Assembly: GCA_017501665.1 (NCBI GenBank)
Contig: JAFVWM010000017.1
Coordinates: 94,361-158,360, forward strand
Direction: 5' to 3'
DNA: 64,000 bases
Origin: Alphaproteobacteria bacterium
GTDB lineage: Bacteria > Pseudomonadota > Alphaproteobacteria > RF32 > CAG-239
Positions 1 through 9,631 of the stretch are shown piece by piece. The notes beneath the pieces were generated by a model. It did no database searches, was not told the DNA's origin, and saw nothing but the letters and a program-made list of their open reading frames with translations. Position 1 is the stretch's first letter, and the number at the start of each line of letters is the position of its first letter. A program made the translations under genes and the position numbers.

Positions 1-1211
1 CCCTGATTGTGTGAGTTATCATAAATTTCGATTCGCTTTGGTATGCTCGGCAAACCGAACTTATCCTTAAACTCTTCTAAATTATTCTTTACCGAAGCTT
101 CTAGGGCAACTTTTCTTCTTATGGCATCAACAGCATTTTTTTCAGCAAATTCACTTAACTTAAATTTATTTCCGCTTTTTGCTACGGTAATTTTACATGC
201 CAGAGCTTTTTTCCAAAATTCAAAATCTATTTCTTCTCCGATGATGATTTCTTTTGGTGGCTGATTATTGGTATAAAATTCACCCAAAAAAGCCTCTAAA
301 ACTTCTTTTTTCTCTGCCTCATCGGTTTGTTTCGGAAAATATACGGCATTTCCGCAATTTTGCCCCGAGCGAATAAAAAATATTTCTACCGCAAACAGAT
401 TGCTTTCTTTCACCACCGCGATAATATCAGCCGATTTCAAATTATCATATTCAACATTTTGTTTGGCTTGAATAGTACTCAAAGCCCTTATTCTATCACG
501 TAAGACAAGCGCCGTTTCAAAATCAAGATTTGCACTTGCTTCTTCCATTTTATCGGACAACTCTTTTTGAATAGAAGTATTTTTACCTTCCAAAAACTCA
601 ATAGCATCATTCACCGATTTTTTATAATCCTCAGCCGATATTTTATTTACACACGGTGCCGAACATCTTTTTATTTGGTATAACAAACAAGGTCTTTGCC
701 GATTCTTAAAAGATGTATCGCGACAAGAACGCAACATAAAAACTTTTTGCAAAATATCCACCACCGAATTTACCGCCAAAACCGAAGCAAACGGACCGAA
801 ATATTTATTTTTGTCTTTCTTAACCCCTCTATATTTCGAAAGCCTCGGAAATTCGGATTCCACATCAATTGTTAAATAAGGAAAAGTCTTATCATCTTTT
901 AACAAAATATTATATTTAGGCGAATATTTTTTTATAAGCTCATTTTCTACTAACAAAGCACGTGCTTCATTGTCAACCACCACAAATTCCATCTTATCAA
1001 TTTGTGCCACCATTTGTTGCAAACGCTTAGGCAATTTTTCAATATGCGAATAGGCTACAATCCTTTTTTTTATATTTTTAGCCTTTCCGACATACAAAAC
1101 CTCATCAGATGAGTTTATCATCCGATAAACACCGGCATTTTCCGGTGCAATTTTTATATACTTTTTTAAATTATCCAGTCCCTTTTTCAAATCGAACAAA
1201 CTTACCTCCAT
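1..1211 (-). CDS. uvrC: Excinuclease ABC subunit C (UvrC), N-terminal ~400 aa; the gene runs off the window start
   Basis: Minus-strand ORF with ATG at 1211 (MEVSLFDLKKGLDNLKKYIKIAPENAGVYRMINSSDEVLYVGKAKNIKKRI...), absent from the supplied track because it has no in-window stop. GIY-YIG motif, UvrC-type Cys cluster (CRDTSFKNRQRPCLLYQIKRCSAPC) and an IEIYDNSHNQG motif at the window edge. Confidence 0.85.
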   Translation of the reverse strand, partial: MEVSLFDLKKGLDNLKKYIKIAPENAGVYRMINSSDEVLYVGKAKNIKKRIVAYSHIEKLPKRLQQMVAQIDKMEFVVVDNEARALLVENELIKKYSPKYNILLKDDKTFPYLTIDVESEFPRLSKYRGVKKDKNKYFGPFASVLAVNSVVDILQKVFMLRSCRDTSFKNRQRPCLLYQIKRCSAPCVNKISAEDYKKSVNDAIEFLEGKNTSIQKELSDKMEEASANLDFETALVLRDRIRALSTIQAKQNVEYDNLKSADIIAVVKESNLFAVEIFFIRSGQNCGNAVYFPKQTDEAEKKEVLEAFLGEFYTNNQPPKEIIIGEEIDFEFWKKALACKITVAKSGNKFKLSEFAEKNAVDAIRRKVALEASVKNNLEEFKDKFGLPSIPKRIEIYDNSHNQ

Positions 1212-1284
1212 CTTAAACCCATAACTTTTTTAATCATGAAGAGGCAAAATTCAACACAGACAAGCATTATTATATTATGGCTGT

Positions 1285-2274
1285 TTATTTTATATTATTC
1301 AAGAATTCAAGTTTCATAACCGCCAATGTATTGGCCGAAATTTTGCTGATTGCATCATAAAATTTGTTATATACTTCAGCTTCATCTAACCATGTCTTAA
1401 ACTTTTCGTTTTTTAGCATATCTTCATTAAGCGGTTTTCCGGCAATCTCTGCAGCACGCTTAATTTCACCTTTTGAAATAAAATCACCTACAACAGACCA
1501 AGCTCTGTCTTCTTCCGAAAAATTATTTTTAGCTTCATCGGCTTTTCTGATTTTTATAATTTTACCTATTTGCTGATAAATCCTTTCCTTCCAATTTTTC
1601 GGAGCAACTTCTTCAGCAACTTTAGCATATTTTTCCGCATATATATCGGCAAATTTATTTTGCAATTCCGCCTTGGTTGGAATACCTGTTACGGCAATTT
1701 TATTTATCAAATCCAAATCTTTGGCAATTTTAACATTGTTTTTGGCAACCTCGCTCAAAACTTCAGCCTCATAAACAAACTCACCGCCACGCTCGGCTGC
1801 ATCTTTTACTAACATGGCACTCATAATTGTCAAAGCACCCTTATTTGTTACTTTTGACAGATCATCAATTTTGCTTTCTGCCTTATCCATTCGCATAACA
1901 AGTCCTAAAACAGATTCAATATCTGCTTTTGACTTAATCGTGTTAAGATTAACCTGCTCAATTGCCTCAATTTTTTTATTCATTTCCGAAAAATCAGGGT
2001 TCTCGGCTCTGCCTCTTACCAATGATAACTCGGATTGTAAGTTTCTGATTTGTTGACTCAGCACATCTATTTGCGGTTGATAAACATCAATTTTAGGCTC
2101 ATTTTTAAACAACATTTCTTTTGCCTGTATTAAAAGTTGAGGATTTTCCCACAATTTATACCCCAAAATTCCGATAGCTACAACAACAACCATCGACACT
2201 AACGGCTTCGTATAATTGCGTCGGTTTGCCTTTATCGTAGCCAAATTTTCTTTTTTATCAGAATCTTTATTCAT
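1285..2274 (-). CDS. Membrane-anchored coiled-coil protein, hypothetical (possible Mic60/HemX-like)
   Basis: Track ORF 1285..2349; preferred ATG at 2274 (MNKDSDKK) preceded by GAAAGGAAACC SD. One N-terminal TM helix (PLVSMVVVVAIGILGY) followed by a long K/E-rich helical region; divergent to tsaD. Confidence 0.6.
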   Translation of the reverse strand: MNKDSDKKENLATIKANRRNYTKPLVSMVVVVAIGILGYKLWENPQLLIQAKEMLFKNEPKIDVYQPQIDVLSQQIRNLQSELSLVRGRAENPDFSEMNKKIEAIEQVNLNTIKSKADIESVLGLVMRMDKAESKIDDLSKVTNKGALTIMSAMLVKDAAERGGEFVYEAEVLSEVAKNNVKIAKDLDLINKIAVTGIPTKAELQNKFADIYAEKYAKVAEEVAPKNWKERIYQQIGKIIKIRKADEAKNNFSEEDRAWSVVGDFISKGEIKRAAEIAGKPLNEDMLKNEKFKTWLDEAEVYNKFYDAISKISANTLAVMKLEFLNNIK

Positions 2275-2377
2275 AAGGTTTCCTTTCAAAATGAGCATTA
2301 AAACTCTTGTTTTTTTATAGTGTATATAATATAAAAAAAGAAGCAACAATAATTTAATTTAGTTAAGAAGAAGAATT

Positions 2378-3454
2378 ATGATAGTACTTGGAATTGAATC
2401 AAGCTGTGATGAAACCGCAGCTGCGCTGGTTAACGACAACAAAGAAATTTTATCCTCGGTTGTCCTAACTCAATCCGAACACAAAAATTTCGGCGGTGTG
2501 GTTCCGGAAATCGCAGCCCGATCTCATCTCGAACATATCGATGAGATTATTGAAGAAACCTTCAAAAAAGCAAATATTACGCCTAACGACATTGACGCTG
2601 TTGCCGTTGCCGGAGGTCCTGGACTTATCGGCGGTGTAACCGTAGGTGTAATGGCCGGTAAAGCACTGTCTTTAGCCTTAAACAAACCCTTTATTGCCGT
2701 AAACCATTTAGAAGGTCATGCTCTTACCGCTCGCCTAAATTCTGATGTCGAATACCCCTATCTTTTACTCTTAACTTCAGGTGGTCACTGCCAAATACTA
2801 ATAGTCAACGAAGTAGGTAATTTCAAGAGGCTCGGCACAACTATTGACGATGCCGCAGGCGAAGCTTTTGACAAAGTTGCCAAAATGTTAGGACTTGGAT
2901 ATCCCGGGGGCCCCATTATCGAAAAAATGGCATCTTTAGGCGACGAAAACCGTTTTGTTTTGCCTCGTCCGCTATACAACTCATCTGATTGCAATCTTTC
3001 TTTTTCCGGTCTGAAAACCGCCGTAAGAAAAATTATTGAGTCATATGCTGAAGACGGCAATTTAGAACATGCCATTTTGCGCAAACAAGATATTGCCGAC
3101 ATATGTGCTTGTTTCCAAAAAGCCGCAACCGATTGTTTGCTTCACAAATTAAAAAAAGCTATTTCGATTTTCAAAGCTGAATGTCCGACCGGTAAACATA
3201 TTGTCGTTGCCGGAGGTGTTGCTGCCAATATGTATCTGCGTACAAAACTGGAAGAACTTGCCACCTCAAACGGACTTATATTTGCCGCTCCCCCCATCAA
3301 ATTTTGCACCGATAACGGTGTAATGATAGCTTGGGCAGGTGTTGAACGTACTCAAAAAGGTTTATATGACGGTCTTGATTTTAAACCAAGGCCACGGTGG
3401 CCCTTAGACGAAACAGCACCAAAAGCCGCCGGTGCCGGTGGAGTAAAAGCATGA
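2378..3454 (+). CDS. tsaD: tRNA N6-adenosine threonylcarbamoyltransferase TsaD (Kae1/Gcp/YgjD)
   Basis: MIVLGIESSCDETAAALV, HLEGHA and VAGGVAAN motifs; 358 aa; ATG at 2378. Confidence 0.9.
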   Translation: MIVLGIESSCDETAAALVNDNKEILSSVVLTQSEHKNFGGVVPEIAARSHLEHIDEIIEETFKKANITPNDIDAVAVAGGPGLIGGVTVGVMAGKALSLALNKPFIAVNHLEGHALTARLNSDVEYPYLLLLTSGGHCQILIVNEVGNFKRLGTTIDDAAGEAFDKVAKMLGLGYPGGPIIEKMASLGDENRFVLPRPLYNSSDCNLSFSGLKTAVRKIIESYAEDGNLEHAILRKQDIADICACFQKAATDCLLHKLKKAISIFKAECPTGKHIVVAGGVAANMYLRTKLEELATSNGLIFAAPPIKFCTDNGVMIAWAGVERTQKGLYDGLDFKPRPRWPLDETAPKAAGAGGVKA

Positions 3455-4083
3455 GAAAAATATCAGAGATATGTCAAATTTTAGACGTCTTCAAATCACT
3501 TGATAATAACCCTAAAAGTGAGCTTAAATTTCACAATGCCTACACTCTTTTGGTAGCTATTGTCTTATCTGCTCAAAGCACAGACAAGGGCGTTAATAAA
3601 GCAACTGAAGAACTTTTCAAGGTTGCCGACACTCCGCAAAAAATGCTCGATTTAGGCATTGAAAAACTAAAAGAACACATTAAAACAATCGGACTTTATA
3701 ACAACAAAGCCAAAAACATAATCACTTTATCACAAATTTTGGTTGATAAATGCAATGGTGAAATTCCTCACAATCGTGAGATTATTGAATCACTCCCCGG
3801 TGTAGGACGCAAAACTGCCAATGTCTTATTCAATGTATGGTGGAATGAACCGACTGTTGCCGTAGATACTCATGTCTTACGCTTAGCCAAAAGATTAGAA
3901 CTCAGTGATAATACGACACCGCTTGGTGTTGAAGAAGATTTAAACAAACTACCCGATGAATATAAAAAACACTTAAACCATTGGTTAGTATTGTTCGGAC
4001 GTTATACCTGCAAAGCTCAAAAACCGAATTGCGCTTCTTGCCCTATTGCGAACTTTTGCCACAGTTCGGATAAAAAAATCTAA
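3451..4083 (+). CDS. nth: Endonuclease III (Nth), HhH-GPD with 4Fe-4S cluster
   Basis: LVAIVLSAQSTD, LPGVGRKTANVL and C-terminal CKAQKPNCASCPIANFC cluster. Start placed at ATG 3451 (MRKISE), overlapping the tsaD stop (ATGA) rather than the track's upstream start. Confidence 0.85.
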   Translation: MRKISEICQILDVFKSLDNNPKSELKFHNAYTLLVAIVLSAQSTDKGVNKATEELFKVADTPQKMLDLGIEKLKEHIKTIGLYNNKAKNIITLSQILVDKCNGEIPHNREIIESLPGVGRKTANVLFNVWWNEPTVAVDTHVLRLAKRLELSDNTTPLGVEEDLNKLPDEYKKHLNHWLVLFGRYTCKAQKPNCASCPIANFCHSSDKKI

Positions 4084-4367
4084 ACTCTGACAAAAACGCC
4101 ATCTTCGACTTCAGGTAAAAAAGAACTTATTCTTCCGATTACAAATTCCAAGCTGTCAACTCTGCCAAACAAAGGACCTTTTTGACAAGCTATCATCATT
4201 TTATCAATTTGTTCTTCTTTACCTTTAAGCCTTAGCAAAACCGTTCCGTCATAATCATTATGGACCCAACCGGAAAGCCCTCCGATCTCCTTAGCTTTTG
4301 AAACAGCCCAACGGCGAAAACCGACACCCTGAACTCGTCCTTTTACTCTGATAATCACATCTCTCAT
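4080..4367 (-). CDS. acyP: Acylphosphatase
   Basis: 95 aa with VKGRVQGVGFR signature and a second GxVxN-like motif (GWVHNDYDGTV); 4-nt overlap with the upstream gene. Confidence 0.8.
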   Translation of the reverse strand: MRDVIIRVKGRVQGVGFRRWAVSKAKEIGGLSGWVHNDYDGTVLLRLKGKEEQIDKMMIACQKGPLFGRVDSLEFVIGRISSFLPEVEDGVFVRV

Positions 4368-4858
4368 TTTTTTAAATAGCTTTCAATTAGCGCCAATTCC
4401 TCACACCTTTCTTTTCGCCTTTTAACAGCTTCGTCATCACTACCCCATATCTCATTTTGCCATAATTCTTCCAAATAAGACAATTTACCGGCTGTTTCGG
4501 CATCTATCCTACCTTTTACCAAAGCCAATGCAAGTAATACCGATTTCATATTAAGTGCCGCGGCATAATAACAGGCAAGCTCTTTATTACTCATCTTATC
4601 AAAAACATTTTTAAGCGGTTTTTGCATTTCCTCATTATCCGGAACATCGAGTTTATCTGTTTTATTAACCTTAACTTTTAGTGATTCTTCAATCCAATCA
4701 ATTATCGGTTGCCATTCGGTCTTTTGCTTTAGATACAAATCTCTTTTTTCGCCCCAGAAAAACAATAAATCACTACGAGCAAACTCCAATAATTTTTTTT
4801 CAATTTCTTCACGATATTGTTCTATTTCCTTTACAGCTTTATCCAAGGTTTCTTTCAT
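4364..4858 (-). CDS. ATP12-family F1-ATPase assembly chaperone homologue (short, lacks the usual N-terminal ~70 aa)
   Basis: Recalled ATP12 consensus matches: DLLFFWGEKRDLYLKQKTEWQPIIDWIEE and SVLLALALVKGRIDAETAGKLSYLEELWQNEIWGSDDEA. AAAGGAAG SD before ATG 4858. Confidence 0.55.
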   Translation of the reverse strand: MKETLDKAVKEIEQYREEIEKKLLEFARSDLLFFWGEKRDLYLKQKTEWQPIIDWIEESLKVKVNKTDKLDVPDNEEMQKPLKNVFDKMSNKELACYYAAALNMKSVLLALALVKGRIDAETAGKLSYLEELWQNEIWGSDDEAVKRRKERCEELALIESYLKK

Positions 4859-4876
4859 TAGTCCTTCTTCCTTTTA

Positions 4877-6964
4877 TTAAAATTGTTCTTTAAACGCATC
4901 AAATATATTTTTAGCGGCATTTCCAACATCTTTAATAACATTTTTTGCTTGTTTGTTAACCTCTTGATAAGCTCGTTTGGTGCTAGATTTTATTCCCTTT
5001 GTCTGTTTAAATTTATTGGCATACACCGTATTAACCAAAGCAGAATAACAAGGATCATCATCACCGCTAAGAAGCATCTCACCACCCAATGAAATCCCTC
5101 CCGTAGCTACCGCACCGACTATTGTACTCAAAGCTGATGATGTATCTAAACGCAATTTCGGATTGTCTAATGTACCTTCAATTTTTACAAAAGATGCTAA
5201 TGCTTGCGTAATATTTCCGCTTGTCAACTTATTAAGTGTCGGTGCAATGGTAAAACTGATAGCATCATTTACCAAATTAATATCACCGCTTCCTACCATT
5301 TTTATTTGATCTGAATTAAAAGCTATTCCACTTGGAAAATACGCTTTCCCTTTATTTATATCCGAGCGAATAACCGCACAATTTATATCAATATTTCGCG
5401 CCTTTGATGTATCAATTTTTAACAACGATAACAACTGCCCTATAATATTATTGGTTAACCAATTTAAGTTAGCACCGCTCAACGTTGATTTATCCAATAT
5501 CAGCACCAAATTTCCGTCCATATTTTCAGATAACTTACGATAAGTATTACCCGATGATGAAAGAGAGATGTCCAATATTAAATCACCCCCTTGACTGATC
5601 TTTAGAGCAGAAGCATTATCAAACAAACTTTTTTCAATATCTTGCACTTTCAAATCTTTTGCTTTTATATTTGCCTTAATTGAATTTGTCGAAACAGCTA
5701 CGCTCACATCAGCAATAATCTTACCTTCGCCCATATCAACACTGATCGGTGACATCTTCAACATTCCGTTTTGCAGTTTAGCTTTTATGGCAAGATTTTT
5801 TAACTCAGCCTTTTCAGGCAATACTAAATTATCTATTTTCAAATTTATACTGCCGTTTATCATATTCAAATAAGAAAAATTAATTGTATCATTAGGCACA
5901 AAAGTCAAAGCATTCGCCGATTTTATTAATGTCGGAATAACAAAAGCCTGTTTTTTATCTGAGATAAAATCATTAATATTAAACGATGACGACATTAAAT
6001 CGATGTTGACTTCGGGCTTATCTTTACTCCAATCAACATCACTTTTACCTGTTACCTCATTTTCAGCCAATAACAACTTTTTTAATTCAATACTAGCCGA
6101 AGTATTATCACCATCGATTCTTGTTACAAGATCAATTTCGGGTAACGAAAAATTGCCTTTAGGATTATATATATTTCCCTCTATGGCATAAACCGGATTG
6201 CTCAAAACATTTACAACACTGCCCAATAAATCAGCCTTAACATTTAGAGCCTCTATTTTAGCATCAAAATCTAATTTATCATCATTTATAACACTGTTTA
6301 TGGTATTTATTGACGCATCAATTCCTATTTTGTCACCATTATATTTCATTTTTGCAGCAATTATCAAAGGCTTATCTAAACCATTTAATTTTGTATTTAT
6401 ATTTTCTATTTCTAACAAATGATTGGTGTTTGTCTTGGCGTCATAATAATTCAAAACACCATCTGAAATAATAACATTATGTGCAATCAAAACTGTTCCG
6501 ACCGTTGCTTCCGTTGCCGTTTTTACATCTGACGAAACAGATTTAACTTTGTTTGTTTTTTGAGCCTTTATATCAAACAACCAGTTCTTTTCACCTGTTT
6601 CAGATTTTTCCAAATAAACTTTTGTGCCATGCAATATAAGTTTATCAATCACAATTTGCTTTTTCAATAAAGGCATAACGGCAAATTTAATTTCAAGCTT
6701 ATTCATTTCTGCCATATTCGGATTCTGTGCCCAAGATGCATTTGACAATGAAACATCATTTATTACAACCGTAGGTATAAGAGATATTGCCAAATGAGCA
6801 TCCCCGGCCATCTTCAATGTTCTTCCGGTAGCATTAAAAACAATATCCTCAATATACGGCTTATACCTGTTTAGATCAAAATTACGTACGAAGATATAAC
6901 CGCCTATTGCCAATATTATTATAATGCTTGCAACTATTGATGATAATTTTTTAACCAACTTCAT
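4877..6964 (-). CDS. AsmA-family outer-membrane biogenesis protein
   Basis: 695 aa; N-terminal TM anchor (IVASIIIILAIGGYIFV), then an AsmA-like N-domain (DAHLAISLIPTVVINDVSL ... LHGTKVYLEKSETGEKNW) and an AsmA-like C-terminus; AAGGAG SD. Confidence 0.7.
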   Translation of the reverse strand: MKLVKKLSSIVASIIIILAIGGYIFVRNFDLNRYKPYIEDIVFNATGRTLKMAGDAHLAISLIPTVVINDVSLSNASWAQNPNMAEMNKLEIKFAVMPLLKKQIVIDKLILHGTKVYLEKSETGEKNWLFDIKAQKTNKVKSVSSDVKTATEATVGTVLIAHNVIISDGVLNYYDAKTNTNHLLEIENINTKLNGLDKPLIIAAKMKYNGDKIGIDASINTINSVINDDKLDFDAKIEALNVKADLLGSVVNVLSNPVYAIEGNIYNPKGNFSLPEIDLVTRIDGDNTSASIELKKLLLAENEVTGKSDVDWSKDKPEVNIDLMSSSFNINDFISDKKQAFVIPTLIKSANALTFVPNDTINFSYLNMINGSINLKIDNLVLPEKAELKNLAIKAKLQNGMLKMSPISVDMGEGKIIADVSVAVSTNSIKANIKAKDLKVQDIEKSLFDNASALKISQGGDLILDISLSSSGNTYRKLSENMDGNLVLILDKSTLSGANLNWLTNNIIGQLLSLLKIDTSKARNIDINCAVIRSDINKGKAYFPSGIAFNSDQIKMVGSGDINLVNDAISFTIAPTLNKLTSGNITQALASFVKIEGTLDNPKLRLDTSSALSTIVGAVATGGISLGGEMLLSGDDDPCYSALVNTVYANKFKQTKGIKSSTKRAYQEVNKQAKNVIKDVGNAAKNIFDAFKEQF

Positions 6965-6968
6965 TTAC

Positions 6969-7892
6969 TTACTCCTTAAAATCCAATCCGAGCACCGCTA
7001 AAGCCTCAACAAAATGCTGCGGTAAATTTGCCTTTACTTTTACTCCTTTATATATATTTGATAAATCGATTTTATAAGAGTGGAGATACAATTTATCTTT
7101 CACATTGGTCACTTTAACATTTTCTTCACCAAAATATTTGTCATCACTGACAATGGGTGTTCCTATATATTCCATATGCGCTCTTATTTGATGAGTACGC
7201 CCCGTCAAAGGCATTGCCTCAATCAAAGCAAATTTGTTTCCTACATTGTCCAAAACCTTATACAAAGTAATCGCCTTTTTACCTTTAGGCAAAACCAACG
7301 ACTTTTCGCCTACTTTTTCCAAAGGGGCATTTATTTCACCACTTTGTTTTTTCGGACAACCTCTGACCAAGGCCAAATATGTTTTTTGTAAATCATGCTC
7401 CTTAAAAGCTTTTGTCAAAATCTCGGCATTTTTTCTATCTCTGGCCAACACCAACAAACCGGAAGTATCTTTATCGATTCTGTGGACTAACTTTGGCGCT
7501 TCGTCTTTTTCATATTTCAATGCCGGTAACCATGCATCAATATGACGAAAAGTATTTGTACCTCCTTGCACCGCCAAACCCGAAGGTTTGTTTAGAACAA
7601 TAATATTATTATCCTTATAAATAACCATAGACTTAATTTGTTCGGCATTTTTATCCGATACAAAATCTTTGTCTTTTTCTTGTGGTTTATCATCTAACGG
7701 AGGAATTCTAACTTCCCATCCGGCTTGTAATTTTAAAGAAACTTCTGCCTTTTTACCATCAACTTTAATTTGTTTTGTTCTAAGTAATTTTTGCAATCTT
7801 GACAAGGGAAGATTAGGATAATATTTCAAAAACCATCGATTCAGACGCATACCGTCATCTTGATCTTTAACTCTAACAAGACTAACGCCCAT
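6969..7892 (-). CDS. RluA-family 23S rRNA pseudouridine synthase (RluC/RluD-like) with N-terminal S4 domain
   Basis: S4-like RLNRWFLKYYPNLPLSRLQKLLRTKQIKVDG and catalytic HRIDKDTSGLLVLARD motif; 307 aa. Confidence 0.8.
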   Translation of the reverse strand: MGVSLVRVKDQDDGMRLNRWFLKYYPNLPLSRLQKLLRTKQIKVDGKKAEVSLKLQAGWEVRIPPLDDKPQEKDKDFVSDKNAEQIKSMVIYKDNNIIVLNKPSGLAVQGGTNTFRHIDAWLPALKYEKDEAPKLVHRIDKDTSGLLVLARDRKNAEILTKAFKEHDLQKTYLALVRGCPKKQSGEINAPLEKVGEKSLVLPKGKKAITLYKVLDNVGNKFALIEAMPLTGRTHQIRAHMEYIGTPIVSDDKYFGEENVKVTNVKDKLYLHSYKIDLSNIYKGVKVKANLPQHFVEALAVLGLDFKE

Positions 7893-8247
7893 ACCTTTTT
7901 CCTCTTATATTTTTAACTTTTTCCTTACACTCTTTACCTATTTTTCTTGGAACACGTTTCTTAGAAGCGTATTCATTTTGTTTTTTATTATCATATTTCA
8001 TCATATCATTCGAAACTCTCACTTTTTCTCCTGCTTCTAGCAACATATCATCATAACTCTCAGACAACATCGGTTCTTTATCTTCAAGAACAAGCCCTAT
8101 TTCTTGAATTTCTTCTTTTGTCATAGATTCCCTATCTTTAACTTCAACTTCTATACCTTGAGCTTCTAACCTTACACGTAATTCTTCTGCAATTTTTTCA
8201 TTTACTTTACTACTGACAAATATAACTTTTTTCTTTTGCTCACTCAT
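7882..8247 (-). CDS. Small acidic hypothetical protein (121 aa) wedged between rarA and the rlu gene
   Basis: ATG at 8247 lies 2 nt after the rarA stop; the 3' end overlaps the rlu start by 11 nt. No recognisable domain. Confidence 0.4.
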   Translation of the reverse strand: MSEQKKKVIFVSSKVNEKIAEELRVRLEAQGIEVEVKDRESMTKEEIQEIGLVLEDKEPMLSESYDDMLLEAGEKVRVSNDMMKYDNKKQNEYASKKRVPRKIGKECKEKVKNIRGKRYGR

Positions 8248-9559
8248 CGGCTTTTCCTTTAGCTTTTTGTTTTTCTGCCCTCAATTTGTCAAAATATTCC
8301 ACACGTTTTTTAATCTCACGTTCAAATCCTCTATCCACCGGATGATACAATTTTGGTCTGCGCATTCCTTCCGGAAAATAATTAGCTCCCGAAAATCCGT
8401 CTTCACAATCAGGATCATATTCATAACCTTCGTGATACCCCAAATCTTTCATCAACTTTGTCGGAGCATTTAATATATTTTTCGGAGGCATCAACGATCC
8501 GGTAGATTTTGCCAAATCAAATGCCGCATGCATAGCTTTATATACTCCGGCAGATTTTGGTGCTGTTGCTAAATAAGCAGTCAATTGCATAATTGCCAAA
8601 TCACCCTCCGGTGAACCAAGACGTTCATAAGTATCCCAACATGCAATAGCCTGAACCACCGCCCCGGGTTCTGCCAAAGACACATCTTCCACCGCAAAAC
8701 GAGTAAGCCGACGTAAAATATACTTCGGATCTTCACCTGATTTTATCATGCGAGCCACCCAATACAGTGCCGCATCAACGTCTGAACCGCGAAGAGATTT
8801 ATGTACGGCTGATATCAAATTATAATGCCCATCACGACCTTTATCATACACCGGTGCACGAGAACGAATTATTTTTACTATATTTTCCTTATCAAAAACT
8901 TCACCTTCCTTGGCATAGCTCCACACACTTTCAGCCAAGTTTAAGATATATCTGCCATCACCGTCAGCGGTTTGTTTCATAAACTCACGAGCTTCATCAT
9001 CAACAGGTAGCTTCATACCCTGCTCACGTTCGGCTCGTTGCAAAAGCTCTTCAAAATCTTGCTCATTAAGGCGATTAAGTACAAAAACCTGACATCTCGA
9101 CAATAGCGCCGCATTAAGTTCAAATGACGGATTCTCGGTCGTTGCGCCAACCAAAATTATTGTACCGTCCTCTACGTAAGGCAAAAAACCATCTTGTTGT
9201 GATTTATTAAATCGATGAATTTCATCAACAAACAGCAAAGTACCTATGCCTTGATTGGCCCGTCGGTCCTTGGCATATTGAAAAACTCGCTTCAAATCGG
9301 CCACACCTGAAAACACCGCCGAAATCTGTTCAAAATACAAATTAGTATTTTCCGCAATCAATCTGGCAATTGTTGTTTTACCGCAACCGGGAGGTCCCCA
9401 CAAAATAAATGATGTAACCTTACCTGATGAAATCATTCGTCCTAAAGGTGCATCTTTTCCGATAACATGATCCTGTCCGACAACCTCGCCTAACTTTTGC
9501 GGGCGAAGTCTGTCTGCCAGAGGACGTTTCATTTTTGCCGAAAACAAGGTATCTTCCAT
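8240..9559 (-). CDS. rarA: Replication-associated recombination protein A (RarA/MgsA), AAA+ ATPase
   Basis: Walker A LWGPPGCGKTTIARLIA, Walker B LLFVDEIHRFNKSQQD, MgsA C-terminal helical domain; 439 aa. Confidence 0.9.
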   Translation of the reverse strand: MEDTLFSAKMKRPLADRLRPQKLGEVVGQDHVIGKDAPLGRMISSGKVTSFILWGPPGCGKTTIARLIAENTNLYFEQISAVFSGVADLKRVFQYAKDRRANQGIGTLLFVDEIHRFNKSQQDGFLPYVEDGTIILVGATTENPSFELNAALLSRCQVFVLNRLNEQDFEELLQRAEREQGMKLPVDDEAREFMKQTADGDGRYILNLAESVWSYAKEGEVFDKENIVKIIRSRAPVYDKGRDGHYNLISAVHKSLRGSDVDAALYWVARMIKSGEDPKYILRRLTRFAVEDVSLAEPGAVVQAIACWDTYERLGSPEGDLAIMQLTAYLATAPKSAGVYKAMHAAFDLAKSTGSLMPPKNILNAPTKLMKDLGYHEGYEYDPDCEDGFSGANYFPEGMRRPKLYHPVDRGFEREIKKRVEYFDKLRAEKQKAKGKADE

Positions 9560-9631
9560 AATCCAATCTCTATAAATAAAATCGATTCGCCTATAATCTC
9601 AAGCATAACAGAGAAGATTATATTTTAACAA

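Noticed and set aside
43-264. 73-aa plus-strand ORF at window start
   Set aside because: Lies antisense inside the clearly identifiable uvrC coding region (GIY-YIG and UvrC motifs on the minus strand); spurious.
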